In this document: in pieces, positions 35,846 to 49,204 of the stretch | Layout: each line of letters opens with the position of its first letter | Numbering within the stretch: the first letter of the stretch is position 1 | Source: Malacoraja senta | Taxonomy: Eukaryota | Length of the DNA: 64,000 bases | Direction: 5' to 3' | Assembly: GCA_038087875.1 (NCBI GenBank) | Contig: CM075989.1 | Coordinates: 10,478,001 to 10,542,000 of the forward strand | Notes under the pieces: generated by a model | Told to the model about the DNA's origin: nothing | Database searches by the model: none | Seen by the model: the letters and a program-made list of their open reading frames with translations, nothing else | Program-made: the position numbers and the translations under genes

Positions 35846-37788
35846 AGTTACTGTATTATATTGGTATTATCGAATGAATTTAAGAGGCAGAGAGCTTTGT
35901 GTTGACAATATGATGTAGGTTTGAAAAGCAAATAAAAAAACCCTGCAGATGCTGAAATAAAAACAAATGGTAGAGAAACTCAGCAGGTCAGGTAGCATAT
36001 GTGGAGAAAAAAAGTCAGCAAGCATTAAAAAATCTTTAAAAAGAAGACTATTATTAGACTGAAATGTATATGTGGTGTCTTATTCTAACATCTGTAGTAA
36101 CTGGAATTTATTGAAACAATAAGAAATATGGGAGTTTGCTAAAAACATGTGTATCTTGTTTACTCCTCTGTCTCTAACTATTCTCTTCCTGTGAGAAAAC
36201 AATATCCATATGTCACACATTCATGCGCACCACAAAGCTTTCCCTTTTTTGAAAAGAAAGACTTATTCACATATTCACGCCATTTATAAATTTAATCTGA
36301 AATGTTAACGATGTTTCTCTCTCTACAAATGCTGCCTACCCTGCTGAGTATTCCAGCATTTTCTACTTCTGCAATATTTAACATGTTTCGCTTGAATTTT
36401 GAGGCAAATGTATTTACATTAAGCACTGAAAGATTATCTTACTCCCAAACTCATGGCTTTGTAACATTGCCATAAGCAGGTCGGTGGACCCGTGAATCAT
36501 TCTAGTGGATAGCACTTATAACGGTACAATATTGTACCGGAGCCATTCTGCTTTCTCTGATTCAAAGGGAAGCTAGCAGGTCAGGCAGCATCTGTGGGGC
36601 ATGGGGGTAGTTGACATTCTGAGTCAAAACTCTGCATCAGGACTGAGAGTATAGAGCGGAGAGATCCAATATAAAAAGGTGAGAGTGAGGGTTGAGGCAG
36701 GAGCTGCAGGCGCTTGGTTGAACCAAGTGAGGAGAGTCATAATGGGCAGATGCAACCAGATAGGACAGGAGATGGTGGAGGTAGTGTTGCACCCCTATGG
36801 ATGTAGTGTCTGGGATGGGGAGTGGTGGGTGGCGAAGGATTAGTAATCCAAGGTGTCAGAGAGAGAGTGGCCCCGGCAAAAAAACAGAACAGGATGGGAG
36901 GGGAGAATGTGACAAGTGTGGGACCCAGAGCTTTCTCTGCTTTAAACGTTGTTTCACAGCAGGCCTACTAACATACGATTTTATAGGATGGATGTTGCAA
37001 AAAAATGATCTTTGGTGCCCCATAAATATGAGGAACTATTTATTTAAATGAGGAAGACTTCATTATTCAAATGCTTAGTCCCATTTACTATAATCAGAAG
37101 CATACACTGCTTTTCTTTCACTGTGTTCTTGCGGAACAAATAAATTGCATCAGATCATTAAATACAGGCACAAATAACCCACCATATGTACAGTTTACAT
37201 TGAATCCAGAAAAATCCATCCGAGGATTCAAGGCCTCATCAGGCCACTCAGCTGGATGTTAGATGGCCAGGAGGTGTGAGGGAAGATGACAAATTTTTGA
37301 GGAATTTCCCCTTTAATAACAGTGAGGACAACCTGGAGCAAAGGAACTTGCGATCATTGTTCGGATGCAGCACAAAGGGATCTAAAGTGCAGATATCACT
37401 GACTGACAATCACATCATATGCAGCTGCTGCCACACCAAGCCCAATCATCACCGTCTTCTTTTCCTGTTTCCAGGAGAGTGTGGGAGTTCAGAACGCCAC
37501 CGCCCCAGGGGAAGAAAACTGTGGCCCCAGGTGAATGTCCCAGAGCTTGATGCAAGAACCAGTTTCTATTCCCAGTCTGGGCCAGAGCTGGCTGCAGAGA
37601 GAACAAGGTAAATGAGGGTTGACAATGAACTGGAAGCTGGTGGTGGATATGGTGGAATGCAGTAGTCCTCAGTTTCTGCTGCATGGGTGACAGGGCCTTG
37701 ATGTTATTTGGAATTTTGAAATTGCAAAAGGCGAGTATAACTGGGGTCAGCCGGGGGATGTGCATCCGTGAGGCACAGGCTAGACTAA

Positions 37789-38004
37789 AGGGCCTGTCCC
37801 ACTTTCATGAGCTAATTCACGACCTTTTTTACTCGTGGACATTTTTCATGATGTTGAAAAATCGCCCCGACCCACTTGATGCCACGAGTACCTACGACTA
37901 GCATCACGACCTACCTACGACCTCCTACGACCATGCTGCGAGTATTCGTCAGGGGCAAACTCGGCAGTGGTCGTGAATTAGGTCGTGAAAGTGGGACAGG
38001 CCCT
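37789..38004. mobile_element. PIF/Harbinger MITE, 216 bp
   Basis: TIR agggcctgtcccactttca / tgaaagtgggacaggccct. TAA duplication at 37786-37788 and 38005-38007. Interior is colinear with the 26101 copy. Confidence 0.92.
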
Positions 38005-38044
38005 TAAGAGCAATGAGTTCAAATTATAAATGTGAAATAATGCA

Positions 38045-38200
38045 CATGCTGGAAACATGAAATACTGGTGATGCTCGGCAGGTCAGGCAGCAGCTGTGGA
38101 GAGAGGAACAGAATCAACATTGCAGGTTGATTAACTTTCTTCAGAACTGTTTCCCCTCCACAGATACAGTCTGACCTGCTGAGCATCTCCTGTTTTCGTT
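38045..38200. mobile_element. Older fold-back Penelope-like remnant
   Basis: gatgctcggcaggtcaggcagcagctgtggag / ctccacagatacagtctgacctgctgagcatc inverted arms. Confidence 0.7.
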
Positions 38201-40399
38201 TTCAGCATTTAGCACCTGTGGGATGCTGGACCTTCAGGAGAGCAGGGAAGAAAACTGAGTCGAGAATGTAAGCTGCGAAAGAACATGTGGGGGATGAAGC
38301 AACATCTCACCAAAATGTGCTCCTTAAATGAACATTCTTATTAAGAGAGGCCCTGGTAATAAGTAGCTGGTGCGTACTGTAGGACTGAGTCCTCAAGGCC
38401 CCATAAAAACTTAAAAATAGCTATCGACGAGGCTGTACAGACTTGAGAATCACAGAGGAGCCTGTACCATGTGTATAATCAGTCTCCTGGTTACAGGATT
38501 AGTGTAGAGAACTGTGGCAGTAACATGAGGGAGGAGTAATTATAGCTCATTCAATGAGAAGGCCCCATATTTTTTACTACTGTATAACCAAGGATTTACA
38601 CGTTCCGGCAGAGGTCACAGCTACTAATCTTTAGGTGTGTGTCAAAAGTAAATGGCTTATATTTTTGGCATATTTTGTTTTGCTGAACAAATATTCTTAA
38701 TGGCTGAAAGAGACTGGAAAAAAAATCTGGAAATGACTTGCCCTTCAGTTGTGATGTGAATGTTTAATCAATATTCCCAAGTCTGCTTTTTAATCACTCG
38801 TATTGATCCCTTCAAAATAAAGTGGATGGTTTTAAATCTTAGATTTATTTTGTGCAGATTATTGAATTGTACATGAAAGAATGTATCTTGTTCTTATTTG
38901 TCTGGCTCTTTCTAATTCCTTTGTTTCTTTTTTAGTATCTTCTGCCATGTTCTCACCTGCTCACTTGGCCTGTTTATATCCCCTTGATGCTTCTTTACAC
39001 CCCCCTTCCTCATCATAATCCCAACTACCTTTGTCTCATTAGTTAACTGGCAAAAATATATATATTTAGTACCCTCAGCTAAACTATTGACATATTAGAA
39101 TATCTGGGGCCAAGCACTGATCACTGAAGTACTGTGTGTCACAAAAAACTTTTATTCTCTGGCCTTGCTTTCTGTCCAGTAAGCAATTCCTGATCCATGT
39201 CAGTGTACTACCCTCAATTCTGTTTGCTTTTACCTTCTGAAAATCCAAACACATCACAATGACTAGTTTCCCTTTCTACTCACACACCGAAAGAACCCAT
39301 TAGATCAGTCAAACATGATGTCAGCAGCTAGCATTTTATCATTAAATTTCTCCTGTTCCCACCTATCTCATGTGTTTCTTCTACCTTACCATGACTTTCT
39401 CTGCACCATTTTATCTCTAACTATTTCCCGTCTTGACCTGAAACATTAACTGTTTTTACCAGCTCCATAAATGCTGTATGACCTTCTGAGTGTTTTACTT
39501 GCAGCAATGCAATGGTTTGTGATGGGATCATTCCCTGCCTTGATCCTACTATTATTGGCTCTTGCCTTCCACAAGATCTGTGCTACTCTAACCTTGGCTC
39601 CATCATATCAACCTATATGACCTTCCGTCTGATTTCTAGCGGCTGTGCCTTCAGCTGCCAGTCTCTGAAATTCCCCCTCCAAACCTCTTTACCTCTCTGT
39701 CCTTTGAGCTGCTAATACAACCTCTATGTCCTCCTGATATCTCCGGAGATACCCTTGTTCAAATGAAATTGCTTGGGTTGCTTTACTCCACATTAATGCA
39801 GAGGAATGTTATATATGTCCAGCAGAATTTATGAGGAATTTGAACAAGAAAAAACCTTCAACAAAGAGGGTAAATTAAAAAGAAATGCAATGTATAAGAA
39901 TAGGCTCCATTCAGAATGGAACACATACGATTGTTTCTTTGTATAGCCCAGTGTGACCAATTTGGTCTCCGTTCTTCCTTGTCATTAAATGTCTCGGTGC
40001 CTTATCTATTAATATTTTGATGCTGGTCTGTTATTTTTAGAGAAGAGACTGAGACCAAAAACACATTGCTGCCGCTGTGTCTGCCTCTCTGTATCTGACA
40101 GCATCCGACCACTTGTGTTATCAGGCTTTGCTTGGCTCTATCTGCAGACATAGTTAACAAGACTGTGCTTATCTGAGGTGGGTGGGGGGGTGTGGGGGTG
40201 TGGAAACTGTATTAATTGCACTGATAGCAACCGAGTGGCACCAAAATGTTTGGGTTGGGTAAGTGACACCAGTCAGCAGCAGGCTGGTGATGAATGATCA
40301 CAGCTCCAGACGTGGCAGCAGTTGTGAGCGGCCACATACCAAGTCAGATCACAAGCCCACGGCTCTTGCTACTCAGAGTATGTCAATGCAATCCTTCGC

Positions 40400-41150
40400 A
40401 ATTTCTGTCACTTACCTTAACACGACACATCTTCTCCTTACCTCCCCTTTCTGCATTTTGGAGGAACCACTCACTTTCTAACTTCCTGATCCACTCTTCC
40501 ATCCCCACCCCATTACTCACTATCTCATGATGCTTTCCCTTGCAACTGCAGGAGATTCAACATCTCTCCATTCATCTTTTCTCTTCCCATCATGTAGGGA
40601 CCCAAACAATCATTTCAGGTAAAGCAGTGATTTACTGGGACTTCTTTCATTGTAATCTACTGCATTCAAAATTCACAATGTGTGGCCTACTCCACTCGGG
40701 AGAAGGCAAATGTAGACTAAGTGATTGCTGTGCTCGACTCTGAGCCTCCCTGTTCCATGCGCCAGTCCGTTTCCAACCTGTCTTTCCGTGGACTCCTCGG
40801 AACAATATCTTATCTTCCATCTTGCAACCTTTGAGAACAAGCATTGGGTTATCCAATTTACGGTTTCACCTTCTTCCTCATTATCATGCTTTCTCACAGT
40901 GTTTCATTAAAATCCCTTGCTAGCAGTCAGTAAACATGGTCGTCTTAACATGTCTCCATTTAGCCTTTTGTCTAAAACTCCAGTTCTCCCCATAGCTCTA
41001 CTCTGTAAATTGTAAACCCTCCACTGTTATCCAGTTTTGAGGAAGAGTTATTACTGAGCTGAAATGTTGACTGTTTCTCTTTCCACAAATGCTGCTTGAG
41101 TTCTTTCAGCATTTCTGTTTTGTTTCATATTCTAGCATCTGTAGTTTAAT
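40400..41150 (+). mobile_element. Old Penelope-like (Neptune-type) element: linker, GIY-YIG and pLTR remnant
   Basis: Frameshifted FPCNCRRFNISP...GPKQSFQVKQ*FTGTS..VIYCI / CGLLHSGEGKCRLSDC...EQYLIFHL, homologous to the 58452 ORF. Confidence 0.75.
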
Positions 41151-41169
41151 TTGTTTTCCATTGCGCATC

Positions 41170-41171
<2 letters not shown>

Positions 41172-41211
<40 letters not shown>

Positions 41212-41245
41212 CATGCGTGTGCGTGTGCGTGTGCGTGTGCGTGTG
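41172..41245. repeat. (TG)n-(CG)n-(TGCGTG)n compound microsatellite
   Basis: 74 bp of uninterrupted purine/pyrimidine alternation. Confidence 0.95.
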
Positions 41246-42456
41246 AGGTTGTGGTACAGAAATTGTTGCTGGACTTTCTATATTGCAACTGATAGCTTTT
41301 CAGGACTAAATTGGCTATAAATGTTTTGGGACACACTGAAGAAAATGCCACTTTTATTTTCTTTACCAACAAAATCCAATTTTATCTTCTTTCACTCAAA
41401 TATTTGACAACTTTAGAAATATTTAATTGTTAACTTAATAGACTGTTCTGGCTAAAAGACCTCCAGATGTTATGGGTTTACATTAGGAACTATAGCCTTT
41501 CATTCTTGGCTTTCGTGTATTTTGTATAATGTGCTAGTCACGTGGTTATAGACCATAATGACTTCAGTATATAATATATATGTTACATATGATGAGAACA
41601 TCGTGCATTGGTGCACTATTCTGTTAAACTAGGTTGATATCCACACCTTTGTCTGGTGTTCCCTGGATATTATTGTGGTTAAACTTGTCCACTTCTCACA
41701 GTGTAATCCAAGGTCCACCCAAAATAAGGATATAAGAAAGAGAAGCAAGGGTATGCCATTTAGCCCCAACCCCCTGCTACACTCTCATTGAGATTATGGC
41801 TGATCTTTCACCTTGGCTCACTTTCTTACTCTAACCCCATATCTCTTGATTTCCAAAAATCTACTGATCTCTTTTTTGAATATTCTTTACAACTGAGCCT
41901 CCATATCTCTTTTGGATAGAAAGTTCCAGAGATTTACTACCATCAGCATGAAGAGATTTCTCATATTTGTCTTAAATGGGCAATCCATTATTTTGGGTCC
42001 GTGGTCTCTGATGTAGATAACCTAGCTACGGGAAAACATGAACCCTATATCTTCTCTTTCAAGTCCCTTTACAGTTTATTTACGTATCAAAATATATCAA
42101 CTGGTGTTGTCTTGAGAATCTTCACTCTATCTCTTCGAAATAGGTCTGACTGCAATGCTCTTGTGTGGCTTTACCTACAAACTGCACTGGTCTGGGGAGA
42201 CATGGAGAGATATTTGAGAGGAAAGGTTAAACCGAGGAGGAGAGAAGGACTTTACCTTCAGCACTGTAATGTGGGGCAAATTATCACCTTTCGTCTTGTT
42301 CAGATATATTGCACAACTGGCTGAGAGCAGTTATAACTTCACAGGTTTGTGGTTTCCTCAAACACAGGGATGCCTTTCTCTTTGCACCAGGTTTTGGGAG
42401 CACGTGTTCATAAACTTGCTTATGATCTTGCTGCACAGGGAGTGTAAAAGAAGCCC

Positions 42457-42776
42457 TGTGGCGGTCACGGTGGCACAGCGGTAGAGTTGCTGCCTTACAG
42501 CAAATGCAGTGCCGGAGACTCGGGTTCGATCCCGACTACGGGTGCTGTTTGTACGGAGTTTGTACGTTCTCCCCGTGACCTGCGTGGGTTTTCTCAGAGA
42601 TCTTCAGTTTCCTCCCACACTCCAAAGACATACAGGTTTGTAGGTTTGTAGGCTTGGTAAATGTAAAAATTGTCCCTAGTGGGTGTAGGATAGTGTTAAT
42701 ATGCAGAGATCGCTGGTTGGCGCAGACCCAGTGAGCCAAAGGGCCTGTTTCCGCATTGTATCCCTAAATTAAACTA
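42457..42776 (+). mobile_element. HE1-type V-SINE, full length
   Basis: A box tggcacagcgg, B box ggttcgatccc, V-domain and tail gggcctgtttcc...taaactaaa. aagccc on both flanks. Confidence 0.9.
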
Positions 42777-44099
42777 AAGCCCAAGTACTTATTTTAAACT
42801 TGGGATGGCCTTAGTGTACATGTTAACTTGATTGAGCCTGTGACATAAAACAGAATTCCCCAAGTGCACCCACTGGACCTTGTATAAAAGTTGTGATGTT
42901 ACAAACATCTCTCTCTGATGTGGCAGAAAGCTTGGAAACGCCAACTCGTTATTGTCGTGAATCTTCCTTAAACCATCTTGCCAAACTCCCTTAGCTATGA
43001 GAGGCCAGGCATTAACAAGCATTTTCCTATGTTTTATGGGCAGATTGAAGTTAGATACAGATGTAGGCTGAATTTTTCACTTGGTACTAAACTCTGCAAG
43101 AACAATAAAATGCATTGCCGCAAAATCACTTACATTCTTGTTATTAAAGTAGGAAAGATTTTAAGGCAAATATTAAAAATCTTTTCGTTTTACATATCCT
43201 GCTCTTTATAGCCCTCATATCTTCTATCGTTCTTACTGATTCAGATTAGTTTATTGTCATTTACACAAGGGTGCAATGAAATTCCTCGTTCATATGAACT
43301 TCATAGGGTAAACAGCATGCATACAATCAGTGCCTCTTCTCAGTTTACAGAATTATTTCATTCCACCCAATGGACGGGAAAGTTACTGATTCAATCAATT
43401 TTCAGACAGTTAAGCACCACAATAAATCTGAGAATCGTTAGCACATTTTGTGCTTCTATGATAGAGATGGACATCATCAAGGAAAGTAGGGAAGAAAGAT
43501 ACTCTAAGAATTTTAATTTTCACTTGAAGTGTGCATCACTTAAAGGAATGAAGAATCTACATGGAACCTTTCACATCCTTTCCAAAACCACCCAAAGCCC
43601 ATTATATCCAATGCAGTATTTTTGTTTGTAATCAGTAAAGAAATACGTTCCCACAAATGGCATTGAGGTAATGCCTGATAACTTTTTTTTGAGATGTGGC
43701 TTGGAAAATTAATGAGACTTGAATTGAGTTTTAATCAACAATAGTTTTTACCGATAAACCTTCAATCTGCAATACAGTTTTTACATTTCCTTTCACTTTG
43801 GTGCATCTGGCTTTCAAAATACTCTTACAGATTGCTCGCCAACCCCAGTTATTTGTTGGACACACTAATCAGTGTGATGACAATGCAGATAAGAGTAAAC
43901 TGTAACATTAAAGTGATTTTGAATGTACACCTCTTATTACTATCACCTATCTCAATTTAGTTGTGCTTTTTCAAAACTGCACATTGATGCATCTCTTGAC
44001 TTAAGTTTGTTTTATTAACCAAAAATACTTGATTTTGCCAAATGCTAATAAACAATGGAAAACAGTTCAGAACTGAGCCAAAAATAAAAACCATAATAT

Positions 44100-44345
44100 T
44101 TGAACCTTAGGAATAGATATACCCCAGGAATTAATCTCCTGCTCTTCTTTGAAGTTGGGTCACAGGTTCTTATATGACTACTTGAGAGAGTTGACATGGC
44201 CTTTGTTTGATATTCTATCAGAAAAACTAACATCACCTACATCAACCCACTGCACTGAGCCTAAATTTATCTGTACTCGTTTTTGGAGTGGGATTTGAAT
44301 CCATAATGTGGTGAATCAGAGATGAGAGAGTGGCCAACTAGGCCA
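44100..44345 (-). mobile_element. Deu-domain SINE remnant with tRNA-like head
   Basis: Minus strand tggcctagttgg...ggattcaaatcccactcc...caaagaagagcaggagattaattcctgggg. Confidence 0.6.
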
Positions 44346-44670
44346 GAGTGTGATGAAACAATAGTACCTCCCTTATGTAACTGAAAGCTAGCAGGAGCTA
44401 ACATGGTCTCTGAATCTTTCTGGATCCATTTCATCAACAAGAGAAAATAGGAGGTGTACGATCTAAGGTGGTACCTGCACCAATTCCCCCTCCCACTATC
44501 CGAGCACCTCACTCACACCCTGCCCACTTGCCCTGACCCCTTCAGTCCCCCCTCTCCTGTGACTAAAGCATTGTGATTGAGCAATAGAGCCCCATCTATC
44601 AAGGACTGTGGGACAATGCTGATCATAGCCAGGACCCTCAAAATACGTACATCCTAGAGAGGGCAGCAAG

Positions 44671-44750
44671 TAAAATACATCACAAGAAGTTAAAAGACAG
44701 TATTGCAGCATAAAACACATCACAAACAGTAAAGAGACAGTATCACAGCA
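44671..44750. repeat. 40-bp tandem duplication
   Basis: 44671-44710 versus 44711-44750, 33/40 identical. Confidence 0.85.
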
Positions 44751-47700
44751 TAAAGCTGACAACTTTGCACAACCTAGTAATGAATATTCTGCTTCTATTT
44801 TGAAAATTTACTGAGTGTTGTACACAGATATATAAGAACCATGAGTTGACAGTCTGGCCTTTAGAGCCTATTCTGCCAGTCCATTAAGATCATGGCTGAT
44901 CATTTACCTAATTTTCCTGTTCTATCTGCTTTATTTTATTAATATCCATCAATTAATCTACCTCAGTTTTGAATTAATTGAGTGACTGAGGCTACAGAGC
45001 CCTCCAGGGTGGAGAATTCCAACGATTCACCACCCTCTGGATGAAAATAATTTGTTCTCTCAATCCTAAAAGATGTATCCATTATTCTGAGTTTGTGATC
45101 TCTGCGTCTTGACTTGCATTTCTATAACATAGTTCTACATGCTCTGTGTTCAATCAGTGCTCCTTTTTCATACTAATCCCTTGTCCTGTGATCCCCCTTC
45201 ACACCCAATACTCCTTTCACAATCTCTGGATGTCCCAAAATAGTTCATTGATATAATGCAGGACATGCAGCAGCCATCTGTTCAGTAAACTCCCTGAGAA
45301 AGGAAAGTGTTGAGGACCAGGTAATTTGATTTTAATGAAATAAAACTAGAATATACCTGAAATGTTCTGCAGGTCAGGAAGCATCTGTGGATAGAGAAAC
45401 AGAGTTAATATTTTAATCCATCATCGGAACTGAGATAAGTTAAAAATGATGTTTTAAGTTACTGAGTTTTGGGTGATGTTGATTGAGAGGTGAATCTTGC
45501 TCGGTCTCCTTCAAGGGAACACATGACTCTTTGAACTAATTCCACGGATCTTTTAGAGAACGCAAAGAGCTACTCAGTTAAACATCTCACGCTAAAGCAG
45601 GAACACAGCACAAGTTGGCAACAGATGTGCTTGAGGGGATGAAGGAGAACATGTAGTACATGGTATTTTGGGCACAATTATTTAGCAGCTGGAGTTTGTC
45701 TTTTTAAGTAATTTGGAAGTTGTGACATTCATTGGCAGCCACCTGCGATCACCACCTGGTTCTGTTCACCACTGAACGAAGTTAACTCAAACGAACCATC
45801 TACCCACTCCAGCAGATGTAAAATATTCCATGGCATGATTTTGAGATGGAATTGGAGTTGGGGACAGAGTGAGGCGGCAAAGTGAAGAAGGGGGATTTCT
45901 CCCTTGTACTACTGTAGGTTGAGTATGAATTTAGGAGAGTGGGCGGATGTGGAATTCATTTCCATTTGGAGTGATTGAGGCAAAAAGTACCAAAAGGCAC
46001 ATGTGGTGAACCTATGTGAAACACTTAGGCCACAATGTTTGATCATCACATTTTAGGAAGCATGTGAAAGTCCTGGAGCTTATGTGGAAGAAAATGACTA
46101 GATAATTCTGGGGACAAGAGATTTCAGATGTAGTGTTAAACTGGGGAAACTGGGAATTGTTCTCCTTGGAGCGAAGGAAGGCAAGGGAAGATTTAACTGA
46201 TGTGTACAAGGTTGTGACTGGTTTAGGCTGTTAAGTACATGGTGGTTCAAGGATCAGAGAGCACAGAGTAAACATGTCATGGAAAAGAAACAAGAAGAAG
46301 GAAAAATAAACTATTTTGATGCAGAAAGAATTATATTCTGTAATCCACTTCCTTTAGGGCTGGTGACTCTTGATTAATCTCTGGCTTCAGTAGAGAAGTG
46401 GATAGGCACTTGAGGGAGAATAATTTGCAGAGCTATAGGGAATGAGCAGCGGGATTGGAACTGCAGTTTGATCCATGAGGAGGCATGATAGATTCATTGG
46501 GCAGAAAGGCCTCCTGTGTCACAACAATCTGCAGCTCAATGATTTTGTGTCAGATGAGAACAAAAGGTTTTGCTCCTGATGCAAGACCACCTGAGTGAAG
46601 CTGCAGCAGAAAACCAGATAAATGGCTTTTTTTTGTGCAGTAAATGCTATTGTTATACAGCTAGCCATTTTGTACCAATGGTTTTCTACGCACAGGTGTG
46701 ACCTGTGTTTCTGGTTTGAGGGATGATGTTGGCCAGGTCATTGGTGAAACTTGCAACAATGCCATCCAATCTTTTAACATTGGATCTCGGCCTTAGGCCA
46801 TATCCTTCTGACCTAGTTCCAAGTGCATTACCACCTGATGTCAAGCATGCACATGTTGGAACACCATCAGAGAGACAGTGCTATAAACTGAAGCCAATCT
46901 CAATCATTGAAAATAACTTGGTTGTGCTGCTCATCGGTGCAAAGCCAGCATAGCCCCAACGATACAATCTGATTAATTATTGCCTTGGCTAAAAAAAGCC
47001 CAGACAGTGTGTGGACAAAACAAAACATTTATAACAGAGTTACTCCTTGCTTCAAAACACAACTATCTCCTCCATAGATTAATTGTTGCAGTGAATGAGT
47101 TTGTTGGCTGTGGTTAAGTTGGTTTCAGATTGGTCTCGATCAAATTAGGTTGTGATTCGCCCTGGTCAGGTTTAGATTGTTCAGGTTGGTTTTGGATTGG
47201 TTATGTTTGAGCTGAGTTCTGGATGTGCTATGATCAGGTTGTGTTGGATCCAGATTCACATCTGTGGTGTCAGGTTGGGATTGGATCAGTCAAATTAGGT
47301 TTGCATGGTCATGATCTGGTTGGGTCATGCTTGAATTGGTTGAACTTTAATTTTACCCGAGGAAACCTCCACAGTGAACTTATTAAATCCAATATAGGCA
47401 CATAAGGCCCTAATTCTAGTCAGGTTGCTAATGGATGGGTGATAATTTGTCTTCTGTCCATCATCTATAAACCCTTGACGCAGACTGGCTTGAGCTGTAA
47501 TACCTTCTGTGGATTAAACAGACTGCTGACACTTGGATTACAGTTGTGGATGCATCCATATTTCCCAAATACATTTCCCAATGTTGACTCTCAAGGTGAT
47601 CCCATTTGCCACAATTTTTTCTCTGTAATCTATTCTGCTTAGAATTCCATTCATTTCCCCAGTTTCTACCACTCATCTGCAGAAAAGGGGTAATTTACAG

Positions 47701-47852
47701 TGGCAAATGAATCTATCAAAGCACACACATGTTTGGGATGTTAGAGGAAACCCACAAGATCACGGGGCGAACAGTAAGCTCCACATAGACAGCATTGGAG
47801 GTCAAGATTGAATTTGGGTCACTCAGGCTGTGAGGCAGCAGCTCTATCAATA

Positions 47853-48470
47853 GGAATGGAATGGAATGCTATTTATTGTCATTCAAACCTAGGTTTGAAT
47901 GAAATTTCATTTACTACAGTTTTTTACATTACAAAAAAAACCAAGACCCACACTTAACACAGTTTACATAAACATCCATCACAGTGAGTCTCCAACACCT
48001 CCTCACTGTGATGGAAGGCAAAGTCTTATCTCTTCCCTTTGTTCTTCACCCGCGGTCCAGCAGTCCAACTGCAGCGTCTAGGCGAACTGGGGCTCCGATG
48101 TTAAAGCCCCCGGCGGACGATGGTAAGTCATGTGTTCATTTAGCCACGCCGGGCGATGTTAGGCCCCGGCTCCGTGTCCTTTAAACCCCGCGGTTCAAGC
48201 GGGAGAAGTTGCCGTTGCGGGAGCTCCGAAAAGCCGTCTAGCATCAGGGACCTGGAGCTCCCGATGTTCCTGTCCACCGGGCCTGCAGCCGGAGCTTCCG
48301 AAACTCCAAAGTCGGGTCGCAACCGAGCGCCACCACAGCTCTCCCCGCTCCGAAGACGGCCAGCTCCGCGATGTCAGGTCTGCAGGCTCCGCGACTGGAG
48401 CCCTCAGGTTGGTCCCGGCCGGAGGCCGCCGCCGGCTCCACGATGTTAGGCCCAACGACATCAGAGACAC
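47853..48470 (-). mobile_element. CpG-rich non-autonomous retroposon (family copy 3, 5'-truncated), adjacent to an older V-SINE (about 47560-47850)
   Basis: (GGAAT)n then tttattgtcattc. Perfect 14-bp hairpin at 47975-48015. Body aligns with 10440-10790. Confidence 0.85.
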
Positions 48471-48689
48471 GACAGTTGTACAACTCCTTGAGGCTATTGA
48501 AGTGGAAACGTACAAATCTTGTTCAAATTACAAACCGTGTCGTTAATATGATATGAAAGGCAACTGAGCAGAAGGGACACCAGCCCACGAAGTGCTTGAC
48601 CAACAAGATTTACAACAGCATCAACTTCTGAGAATCTGCTGACAAAAACTTTAGGGGAACAAAAAGTTGCTCGCTAGCCACAAGAAGAT

Positions 48690-48950
48690 GTTAGGTGACC
48701 AAGAGTTAACATGACAGGAATGACTTGATGTTTAGGAAGGAATTGGCGGATGTTAGATCTGAAGACGCAGCAGCTGAAGGTACAGTCACCAGTGGTGGAG
48801 CCATGAATATTTTGCTTGATCAGGAGGCCAGAATGGGAGCAGTGCAGAGATCCTGGGAGCTGGGCGGTTTTTAGATATACCATGGATGCATTTGAACGTG
48901 AAGATGAGAATGTTAGGATAATCATGGACCAAGTGTCGTGCAGTGTTCTG
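48690..48950 (-). mobile_element. Old L2-like LINE 3' remnant
   Basis: Minus-strand translations NILIFTFKCIHG and STTGDCTFSCC. Confidence 0.6.
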
Positions 48951-49204
48951 CCCAGACTTGTAAAGCACAGTGTGAAGCCTCTCAGCTCTGCTGGGTGTTA
49001 CAGCAACAGCAGCTTTTATTAATCAGTTTATATTTGAACTTTGGATAAAAACACTTAAATATAATCCTAAATAAATTGCAAATCAAAATAATTAAACTGG
49101 GCATTGATTACAGTCTCTATAATCATAAAAATGTTTGCAATGAAAAAAAAATCAAATCAGATTTTAATTGCAATTAACTACATTTTAATTAATTATTACC
49201 CTTT

